25,336 bases of DNA, from positions 1-25,336 of the forward strand of contig JAVEDA010000208.1 of the NCBI GenBank assembly GCA_030841195.1, read 5' to 3'. Source of the DNA: Actinomycetota bacterium. GTDB taxonomy: Bacteria > Actinomycetota > Actinomycetes > JACCUZ01. Position 1 is the first letter of the stretch, and every line of letters starts with the position of its first letter. The position numbers were made by a program, and so were the translations under genes. Shown in pieces: positions 1-6,508 of this stretch. A model generated the notes under the pieces. It made no database searches. It saw only the letters and a program-made list of their open reading frames with translations, and was not told the origin of the DNA.

Positions 1-871
1 GGGGCAATCCGTACAGCTGCCGGCCGATGTCCTCGATCGTGGCCGCGGCGTCCGGGTCCTCGACGATCAGATCAGGTCGCGCCGCATGCACCCGCTGTCG
101 GAACAGCTCAGTCGCCGCGGAAGGGGACAACGGCCGCAAGAGCAGCTCCCGTTCGCCGCGCACCCGGAGCGGGGCACGCGAGGTGACCAGCAGGCGTAGA
201 CGAGTGGTGCGATCCAGCAACCCGGCGACCTCGTTGGCCGCCGCCAGCACCGGCTCGAACGTGTCAAGCACCAGAAGGCGCGTCTCGACCTCCAATGTGG
301 CGGCCAACACCTCGACCGACGCGTCACGAGGCAACCCGGCTACGGCCGCGATCGCCGACATGACGAACTCCGGTTGGCGCAACGACGCGAGCGACACCCA
401 GGCGACACCCTCGCCCGCTCGCACAGCGCACACTTCCGCCGCGAGCCGCGACTTGCCCATCCCACCCGGTCCCGTGACGCTGTGCATCCGCGGCCCGTCA
501 TCGCGCAACGAGCGGAGCAGAAAGGCCAGTTCGTCCTCGCGACCAAGCATCGGCGTGCGACGCATCGCCCGCCAATGTTCAGCGGCAACCAGTTCACTGC
601 TCCCGTCCGCAACGTGTGACGGTTGGTATCGCTGGCGTAGTTTGCGACCAGCCTGCGCGGCGCGCTCGAGCGCGGCACGCGCGTCACCGGCGAGCCCCAG
701 CGCATCGGCGAGCGCTTGTGCGGTGACCGGATACACCCGAGTCCGAAGGCCACGCTCGATGTCGCTGATCGCCCGCTCGCTGAGCCCGGCTCGGTCGGCG
801 AGTTCGGCCTGGGTCAGCCGAGCTGCGACCCGGTGGTGGCGCACCTGGTCAGCCAAGCCGGCGTCGGTCAC
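1..871 (-). CDS. XRE-type HTH fused to a P-loop (NB-ARC/STAND-like) ATPase regulator; 3' end runs off the window
   Basis: Manual translation from GTG 871 (absent from the ORF track because there is no stop in the window): MTDAGLADQVRHHRVAARLTQAELADRAGLSERAISDIERG (XRE HTH), Walker A VTGPGGMGKSRLA, Walker B LLVLDTFE, and LLVTSRAPLRVRGE. Confidence 0.88.
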   Translation of the reverse strand, partial: MTDAGLADQVRHHRVAARLTQAELADRAGLSERAISDIERGLRTRVYPVTAQALADALGLAGDARAALERAAQAGRKLRQRYQPSHVADGSSELVAAEHWRAMRRTPMLGREDELAFLLRSLRDDGPRMHSVTGPGGMGKSRLAAEVCAVRAGEGVAWVSLASLRQPEFVMSAIAAVAGLPRDASVEVLAATLEVETRLLVLDTFEPVLAAANEVAGLLDRTTRLRLLVTSRAPLRVRGERELLLRPLSPSAATELFRQRVHAARPDLIVEDPDAAATIEDIGRQLYGLP

Positions 872-985
872 CGGTGAGCCGCCCGCGTAAGTCGGTGGGT
901 CAGACGGTGGGACATGTCATGGCCCCGCTCCACACGTCTCGACATGCTCGCTCCTATCTAACCCGTCCCCATTCTGGAGCAGATC

Positions 986-1417
986 ATGAGCGTCGAACAG
1001 AACAAAGCCATCGTGCGCCGCTACTACGACGAGGTCCTCAATCGAGGTCATCTCTCCGTCCTGGACGAGATCGCCGCTGAGCACTACGTCGAGAACGATC
1101 CATTCCCCGGCCAGGGCGATGGCCGCAGCGAGCTGAAAGTGCGCGTCTCCACCCTGCTTACCGCGTTCTCGCCCTGCGCCTTCACTATCGAAGACATGGT
1201 CGCAGAGGGCGACCGCGTCGTCGTGCGCTGGCGCAGCAGCGGCAACCACTCCAGCGATTTCCTCGGCGTGCCGGCAACCAACCGCGACTACACCGTCGCC
1301 GGTATCGATATCCACCGCCTGACCGACGCCGGCATGGCCGAGCACTGGCATGTCGTCGATCAGCTCAGCCAGCTTCAGCAACTGGGTCTGATCCCCGCGC
1401 CGTCCTCCGCGTCCTGA
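986..1417 (+). CDS. SnoaL-like ester cyclase (NTF2 fold)
   Basis: NKAIVRRYYDEVLNRG start, IEDMVAEGDRVVVRW, FLGVPAT and EHWHVVDQLSQLQQLG match the ester cyclase pattern; GGAG SD upstream. Confidence 0.9.
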   Translation: MSVEQNKAIVRRYYDEVLNRGHLSVLDEIAAEHYVENDPFPGQGDGRSELKVRVSTLLTAFSPCAFTIEDMVAEGDRVVVRWRSSGNHSSDFLGVPATNRDYTVAGIDIHRLTDAGMAEHWHVVDQLSQLQQLGLIPAPSSAS

Positions 1418-1472
1418 CCGAACCCGTTGCCCGTGTCCCGGCCGAGACGCACCGGGCTCGCCAGTACGCCAG

Positions 1473-2660
1473 TCAGCGCGGCGTGAGCTCGAACGCCCAG
1501 TCGTCGACACCCTTGCGCGGCCCGGTGAGCTGCACCGGGTCGCTGCCGTCGTACTTCATCAGCACCAGCCCGTTGCGGAACTCCGAGGTCCCCTGGCACG
1601 GCTTGCTGCAGCCGGCGAGCGTCACGACGTGCTCGTCGTCGGCCCAGGCCAGCACCTGCAGCGCCTGCTGTCGGTAGACCCTGCCGGTCTGGTTGTCGGT
1701 GATGGCGGTCGGCAGGCCGCTGTCGCGGGTGATCGTGTACCGGCCGTCGGGCGACGTGAGCGAGAGAGCTGCTGCGTCGATGCCGATGTTGGCGTTGAGG
1801 TCGTTGCGGTTGCCGGTGGCGTGGCGGCCCTCAAGGTCGAAGAACAGCTCGTCCGGGGTCCCTGACGGGCTCCACACACCCTTGCCGTCCGCGGTCCAGC
1901 CGACGTCGGCCCGACCCACGTTCATCTCCCGGTTCGGCAGCGCGGTGAACGTCGCGGTCCCCGCCTCGGGATCGACCAGGACGAACCCGGTGCGCTTCGC
2001 GTCCCCCAGCCGGAACGAGTTGTTGCCCTCGGGCTTCTGCAGGTCGGGATCACCGTCGTACGCCGTCGCCAGCACCGTCGAGCCGTCCGGCGACCAGGCC
2101 AGCGAGGCGACCGGGTGGTCGAGCTCGACCCAGCGGGTCACCTTGCCGGTCGCCAGGTCGACGAAGCCGACCTGGGACGACGGCAGCGGCCCCTCGAGCA
2201 TCGCGGCTGTCGCCAGCCCGGGCGCCACCGCGGCGTAGGTCCAGTTCCTCGGCTCGTACCGACCGGTGGTCGGGTTGGCCACGGCGTACCGACGCTGCAG
2301 TGTCTGCCAACCGTCCGGCGGGGCGGGCACCTGCGTGTAGGTCACGATCGCCGACACGGCCACGTCGCCGGCCAGCACAACCTCCTGCGGCGGGTTGTGC
2401 GCGGTGTCCGCGTGCACGTCCCGCAGCCCGCCGCCCGCAGGTGTCCGGCCGCCGCCGTCGGTGCTCACCGGCCCGACCGTGCCGCCGGCGACCAGCGCGG
2501 CCACCACGACGGCCGCGGTCGCGAGGCCGGCCACTGCAGGCAGGACGAGCCGGCGCCGGCGCGCCTGCCGGCGGGCCAGCACCCGGTGGGCCAGGTCGTG
2601 CGGGACCTCGACCTCCTGCGACCAGTCCTGCAGCGTCTCGGCGAGCATGGTGTCGTTCAT
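1473..2660 (-). CDS. Membrane-anchored WD40/TolB-like beta-propeller protein, ECF-sigma-associated (possible anti-sigma/sensor)
   Basis: Short cytoplasmic N-terminus, Arg-rich patch, TM helix (LVLPAVAGLATAAVVVAALVAGG), then SLAWSPDGSTVLA and TSPDGRY propeller motifs; ATGA overlap with the sigma stop. Confidence 0.75.
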   Translation of the reverse strand: MNDTMLAETLQDWSQEVEVPHDLAHRVLARRQARRRRLVLPAVAGLATAAVVVAALVAGGTVGPVSTDGGGRTPAGGGLRDVHADTAHNPPQEVVLAGDVAVSAIVTYTQVPAPPDGWQTLQRRYAVANPTTGRYEPRNWTYAAVAPGLATAAMLEGPLPSSQVGFVDLATGKVTRWVELDHPVASLAWSPDGSTVLATAYDGDPDLQKPEGNNSFRLGDAKRTGFVLVDPEAGTATFTALPNREMNVGRADVGWTADGKGVWSPSGTPDELFFDLEGRHATGNRNDLNANIGIDAAALSLTSPDGRYTITRDSGLPTAITDNQTGRVYRQQALQVLAWADDEHVVTLAGCSKPCQGTSEFRNGLVLMKYDGSDPVQLTGPRKGVDDWAFELTPR

Positions 2661-3175
2661 CGGGTGACCTCCTCGGTCAGCTGCAGGTCGGTCAGCCCGG
2701 GTGTCCGGGTGCGGAGCTGGGCCAGCGCGCGGTGGGCGGTGCTGCGCACCGTGCCGACGGTCACGCCCAGCGCCTCGGCGACGTCCCGCTCGCTCATGTC
2801 CTCGAGGTAGCGCAGGACCAGCACCGCCCGCTGCCGGTGGGTCAGGGTGGACAGCGCCGCGCGCAAGGCCATCCGCAGGTCGACGGTGCCGGTGTGGTCG
2901 GGCGCCGCCAGCTCAGGTATCACGGCGGTGGCCGTCTCGTTCCGGTTGCTCGGCCGCCGCCACCAGCTGACCTGGTGCCGGTACATCGCCTGCCGCACGT
3001 AGGCCTCGGGCGCCTCGATGCCGCCCCAGCGGGGAAGCGCCTTGCCCAGGGCGGACTGCACCAGGTCCTCGGCGGCGTGCTGGTCGCCCCCAGTGAGCAG
3101 GTAGCCCAGCCGCATCAGCGCCGGCCCGCGCGCGACCACGAAGTCGCGGAAGCTGCGTTCCTCGTCGGCGTTCAT
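2657..3175 (-). CDS. ECF RNA polymerase sigma factor, actinobacterial SigE-like family
   Basis: MNADEERSFRDFVVARGPALMRLGYLLTGGDQHAAEDLVQ (region 2) and RQRAVLVLRYLEDMSERDVAEALGVTVGTVRS (region 4). Start placed at ATG 3175 behind GGAGG; the track's 3667 start is over-extended. Confidence 0.92.
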   Translation of the reverse strand: MNADEERSFRDFVVARGPALMRLGYLLTGGDQHAAEDLVQSALGKALPRWGGIEAPEAYVRQAMYRHQVSWWRRPSNRNETATAVIPELAAPDHTGTVDLRMALRAALSTLTHRQRAVLVLRYLEDMSERDVAEALGVTVGTVRSTAHRALAQLRTRTPGLTDLQLTEEVTR

Positions 3176-3362
3176 CCCCTGGACCCCTCCGTCGCCACAT
3201 CCTCCTAGACGCCTGGGAGTTCCGCCGCTATGCCTCACCGACGGCAGTTCGCGTGCCAGAGTGTCAGCGAGCCGACAGACGGCCACCGGACCGGCCCGGC
3301 ACGATCGTGCTACCAGCCGGAGGACCAGCGACCGGCGTAGGCGCAGGAGAGGAACCGAGACC

Positions 3363-3533
3363 ATGGCAATCCCCGGCAAGCGAGACCCGCGTAGCGACGC
3401 ACCCGTCGACGATGAGCAGGACGTGCAGGCCCACGGCCTGGACTTCGACGGTCTGGACGACTCCGGCCTGGCCGAGACCCAGGGCCCCGGGCGGGTCCGG
3501 GCGATGGACGACCCGCGCGCGAACCAGCAGTAG
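3363..3533 (+). CDS. Small acidic peptide, 56 aa (MAIPGKRDPRSDAPVDDEQDVQAHGLDFDGLDDSGLAETQGPGRVRAMDDPRANQQ), function unknown
   Basis: AGGAGAGG SD upstream of ATG 3363; only about 6 of 55 codons end in A/T, typical of real genes here; first gene of the co-oriented GAF-S8 unit. Confidence 0.72.
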   Translation: MAIPGKRDPRSDAPVDDEQDVQAHGLDFDGLDDSGLAETQGPGRVRAMDDPRANQQ

Positions 3534-3541
3534 CGACGCGG

Positions 3542-3599
3542 GTGCCTCCTGTGTGACACCGTGGTCGGGACAGATTCCGTCGACGGCAGCAGGAGGCAC
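3542..3599 (+). promoter_or_regulatory. Anti-SD/SD inverted repeat between the peptide and GAF genes
   Basis: GTGCCTCCTG (3542-3551) is the perfect reverse complement of CAGGAGGCAC (3590-3599), which contains AGGAGG. Confidence 0.55.
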
Positions 3600-4352
3600 G
3601 CGCTGAGCGAACACGCCGATCCGGTCCTGACGGACTTGACCGACCTGGCCGAGCTCGGCTCGGTCATTGGTCCTGCACTGGCGCCCTTCTCCGCCGCCGA
3701 GCGGCTGCAGGACCTCGTCGACGCGGCGCGTCAGGTCTTCGCCGCCGGCGCCTGCTCGATCGCCCTGCTCGACGAGCAGGAGCAGAACCTGGTCTTCGAG
3801 GCCGCCAGCGGCCGCGGTGCCGACCTCGTCCGCGGCACCGTGATCCCCATCGGGTCCGGGCTGGCCGGCTGGGTGGTGTCCTCCGGACAGACCCTCGAGA
3901 TCTCCCAGGTCGCCGACGACCCGCGGTTCGCCCGGGACATCGCCGAGCAGACCGGCTACGTCCCCCGCACCCTGCTCGCCGCGCCGCTGGAGACCCGCGA
4001 CGGCACCGTCGGGGTGGTCGAGGTGCTCGACCGGGGCACCGGTGACGACGCCGGCGAGCGCGACCTGGTGATCCTGGCGCTGTTCGCCCGGCTGGCCGCC
4101 GAGACGGTGGTGTCGGCGCGCCTGTTCACCCACATGGGCTCGCTGCTGCTCGGCTCGCTGGGCACCCACGCCTCCGACGGGTTGGCTGAGGCTCTCGAGC
4201 GGGCGGCTGAGCAGGCCGGCACCGACGCCGACCTGGCCGACCTGGCCAGCCTGTTCGCCCGCCTGCAGGCCACCGGCCCGCGGGAGCGACGGCTGGCCGT
4301 CGACGTGCTCACCCGGGTCATCTCGTACGCCGAGTCGGCGCCGCCCTCGTGA
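3561..4352 (+). CDS. Stand-alone GAF-domain protein with C-terminal helical extension; true start may be CTG 3603
   Basis: CSIALLDEQEQNLVFEAASG, GLAGWVVSSGQ, DDPRFARDIAEQTGYVPRTLLAAPL and GVVEVLDR are a GAF pattern; no kinase, cyclase or phosphatase output domain is visible. Confidence 0.88.
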   Translation: MVGTDSVDGSRRHALSEHADPVLTDLTDLAELGSVIGPALAPFSAAERLQDLVDAARQVFAAGACSIALLDEQEQNLVFEAASGRGADLVRGTVIPIGSGLAGWVVSSGQTLEISQVADDPRFARDIAEQTGYVPRTLLAAPLETRDGTVGVVEVLDRGTGDDAGERDLVILALFARLAAETVVSARLFTHMGSLLLGSLGTHASDGLAEALERAAEQAGTDADLADLASLFARLQATGPRERRLAVDVLTRVISYAESAPPS

Positions 4353-5161
4353 CCTGGACGCCCGCCTGGGCCTGGCAGTTCGCCGAGGGCCACCGCTCGG
4401 AGGTCGAGGGGCTGGGGCTGGCCGGTCCGATCTCGCGGGACTGGGCCTGGGACGGCGCGACCGGCGCCGGGGTCAAGGTGGCCGTGATCGACAGCGGGGT
4501 CGAGGACGGGCACCCAGCGGTCGGCCGGCTGGCCGGCGCGGTGGCCGTGGAGATCGACGGCGAGACCGGCGAGACCGTCTACGTCGACGGCCCGCACGAG
4601 GACCGGTTCGGCCACGGCACCGCCTGCGCCGGCCTGGTCCGGCGGGCCGCGCCGGACTGCGACCTCTACAGCGTGCGGGTCCTCGGCGCCAACCTGCGCG
4701 GCCGGGCGGCGGTCTTCGCGGCAGGCGTGCGGTGGGCGCTGGCAAACGGGATGCAGGTGGCAAACCTGAGCCTTGGCACCGGGCGGGCCTCGCAGTTCAG
4801 CGCGTTCCACCGGCTGGCCGACGAGGCGTACTTCGCCGGCTGCACGCTGGTCTGCGCGGTGAACAACATGCCGGCCCCGAGCTACCCGTCGGAGTTCGCG
4901 GCGGTCATGTCGGTCGCGTCGATCCGTGGCTCGGACCCGTTCGAGTACTACTACAACCCGGCGCCGCCCGCGGAGTTCGGAGCACCGGGCATCGGGGTGG
5001 AGGTGCCCTGGACGGCTGGGCGCACGATCCACGCCACCGGCAACAGCTTCGCGGCGCCACACATCACCGGGTTGATCGCCCGGCTGCTGTCCAAGCACCC
5101 TGGCCTGACCCCGTTCCAGGTGAAGACCGTGTTGCACGCGCTGGCGTCCAACGCCCGCTGA
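4349..5161 (+). CDS. S8 (subtilisin-family) serine peptidase, predicted cytoplasmic, no signal or propeptide
   Basis: Catalytic triad motifs VAVIDSG (Asp), GHGTACAG (His), GNSFAAPH (Ser); GTGA overlap with the GAF stop. Confidence 0.92.
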   Translation: MTWTPAWAWQFAEGHRSEVEGLGLAGPISRDWAWDGATGAGVKVAVIDSGVEDGHPAVGRLAGAVAVEIDGETGETVYVDGPHEDRFGHGTACAGLVRRAAPDCDLYSVRVLGANLRGRAAVFAAGVRWALANGMQVANLSLGTGRASQFSAFHRLADEAYFAGCTLVCAVNNMPAPSYPSEFAAVMSVASIRGSDPFEYYYNPAPPAEFGAPGIGVEVPWTAGRTIHATGNSFAAPHITGLIARLLSKHPGLTPFQVKTVLHALASNAR

Positions 5162-5172
5162 GCCCGGCCGCC

Positions 5173-5198
5173 CCGGTCAGGCGACGCCGCCTGACCGG
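5173..5198. terminator. Hairpin between convergent S8 and Crp-family genes
   Basis: CCGGTCAGGCG-acgc-CGCCTGACCGG, an 11-bp perfect stem 12 nt after the S8 stop. Confidence 0.55.
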
Positions 5199-5289
5199 CG
5201 TACGGCGGCAGTAGCGGATCTTGAGACGGCGCGCCGGGCGTACTGGGCATGCCGTCTCATGATCCGTCGCAGCTCCAGCCCGCCCTGCG

Positions 5290-5955
5290 TCAGGCGAGGA
5301 GGCCGCCGTGGCGGCGCAGGGTCGCCAGGTCGGTGACCTCGATCCGGCCCCGCTCCAGCCGCACCGCGCCGGCGTCGGCCAGCCTGCCGAGCACCAGGTT
5401 CGCCGTGGGGCGGGTGGTGCCCGCCATCCCGGCCAGGTCGTCCTGGGTGATCGGCACGACCACCCGGGCGGCACCGGACCGGTAGATCTCCGCGAGCTCC
5501 ACCAGCCGCCGCGCCACCCGCTCGTCCACGCCGAGGTACATCGCCTCGAGCAGCGCCTGGCTCAGGCGTTCGACCGTGTCGGCCAATAGCCGGTTCACGA
5601 CGTTCACCAGCGCCGGGTGCGACCGGCGGGCCTCCTCGAAGACCGCCCGCGACAGTGTCACGGTCTCGGTCGGCTCCAGCGCCACCACAGTCGCGGTGCG
5701 CGTGTTGTGCTCCTGCAGCAGCGCCAGCTCACCGAAGAACCGCCCGGGCGACAGGACGGCCAGGGTGGCCACGTCGCCGCCGGTCGAGGTGACCCGCACC
5801 GCCAGCCGGCCGCTGCGCACGATGTGCAGCGTCTCGCCCGGCTCTCCCTCGTGGAAGACGATCTCGTTGCGGGCGAAGGTCCGGCGCCCACTGACCGCGA
5901 GCAGGCGGTCGCGGTCCCGGTCGCTGAGCATGTCGAGCACGCCTGCCGTCACCAC
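5290..5955 (-). CDS. Crp/Fnr-family transcriptional regulator (accessory paralog); start GTG 5955 or ATG 5931
   Basis: cNMP-binding domain (VFHEGEPG, FFGELALL...RTATVVA) and HTH (ITQDDLAGMAGTTRPTANLVL). Confidence 0.92.
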   Translation of the reverse strand: MVTAGVLDMLSDRDRDRLLAVSGRRTFARNEIVFHEGEPGETLHIVRSGRLAVRVTSTGGDVATLAVLSPGRFFGELALLQEHNTRTATVVALEPTETVTLSRAVFEEARRSHPALVNVVNRLLADTVERLSQALLEAMYLGVDERVARRLVELAEIYRSGAARVVVPITQDDLAGMAGTTRPTANLVLGRLADAGAVRLERGRIEVTDLATLRRHGGLLA

Positions 5956-5981
5956 CGCAGTCGATCACAATTGTCCGGGTA

Positions 5982-6022
5982 CGACGAGGCCCCCGCGTGC
6001 AGGGTGCGCGGGGGCCTCGTCG
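5982..6022 (-). terminator. Strong 16-bp hairpin downstream of ORF 6031-6279
   Basis: CGACGAGGCCCCCGCG (5982-5997) / CGCGGGGGCCTCGTCG (6007-6022), perfect inverted repeat with a 9-nt loop. Confidence 0.65.
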
Positions 6023-6030
6023 GGTCGGGG

Positions 6031-6279
6031 TCAGGGACGGTGCGCGATCCCGGTGCTGCTGTGGCGGGCGCTGGCCGTGGCCGCGGTGCTACGGCCGTCA
6101 GTCGACTCGTCCTCGCCCGTGCTCGTGGCGGTGCTCGTTGTGGTGGGGGTCGGGTGCGGCAGACCGGCCTTGCTGCGACCCTCGGAGGCCAGGGCGGAGA
6201 TCGCGGCCCCCTTGTCGACGCCGGTGGCGTCGGTGGTACCTGGTGCCGACCGCGGCCCGGGCTCTCTGCAGTCGGGCAC
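6031..6279 (-). pseudogene. Probable 3' remnant of a Thr/Ser-rich protein gene
   Basis: Gene-like GC3-rich codons from about 6240 to TGA 6031 (DATGVDKGAAISALASEGRSKAGLPHPTPTTTSTATST...); followed by a terminator-like hairpin; its 5' end runs into an inverted-repeat element and there is no SD. Confidence 0.4.
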
Positions 6280-6344
6280 ACAATCCCGGCCGGCAGCGCG
6301 TCCGGCCGGCCCGATAAGGCCGCCATTGTGTGCTCGACTGCAGA
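6265..6344. repeat. 80-bp MITE/REP-like element with 20-bp terminal inverted repeats
   Basis: TCTGCAGTCGGGCACACAAT (6265-6284) vs ATTGTGTGCTCGACTGCAGA (6325-6344), 19/20 inverted match; inner CCGGCCGG stem; CTC flanks both ends. Confidence 0.6.
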
Positions 6345-6373
6345 CTCACCGCAGTTTCGCGGCCCCTGCACGC

Positions 6374-6413
6374 GACAGCCGGCGCTCCCGAGCTGAAAGG
6401 AGCACCGGCTGTC
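6374..6413 (-). terminator. Hairpin terminator after tRNA-Pro
   Basis: GACAGCCGGCGCTCC / GGAGCACCGGCTGTC, 15-bp stem with one G-U on the minus-strand RNA, 5 nt after the tRNA 3' end. Confidence 0.7.
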
Positions 6414-6418
6414 TTCTG

Positions 6419-6495
<77 letters not shown>

Positions 6496-6508
6496 GAGCC
6501 CGGCAAGT

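Noticed and set aside
27-890. 287-aa plus-strand Ser/Arg-rich ORF
   Set aside because: Antisense shadow of the XRE-ATPase gene.
3196-3260. Autoregulatory ECF promoter (GGAAC...CGTCT on the minus strand)
   Set aside because: The elements are only about 7 nt apart, not the 16-17 nt needed.
3363-3533. Lanthipeptide, lasso or other modified RiPP precursor
   Set aside because: No Cys, few Ser/Thr, and no LanB/C/M/KC, YcaO, radical SAM, ATP-grasp or lasso cyclase gene in the window.
3552-3567. Crp box starting TGTGA
   Set aside because: The second half-site is GGTCG rather than TCACA.
3561-4352. GAF as a canonical cGMP/cAMP binder
   Set aside because: The NKFDE motif is degenerate (VLDR...GERDL), so the ligand cannot be assigned from sequence.
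6024-6031. att-site duplicate of the tRNA 3' end (GTCGGGGT)
   Set aside because: Only 8 nt match in GC-rich DNA and no integrase; not significant.
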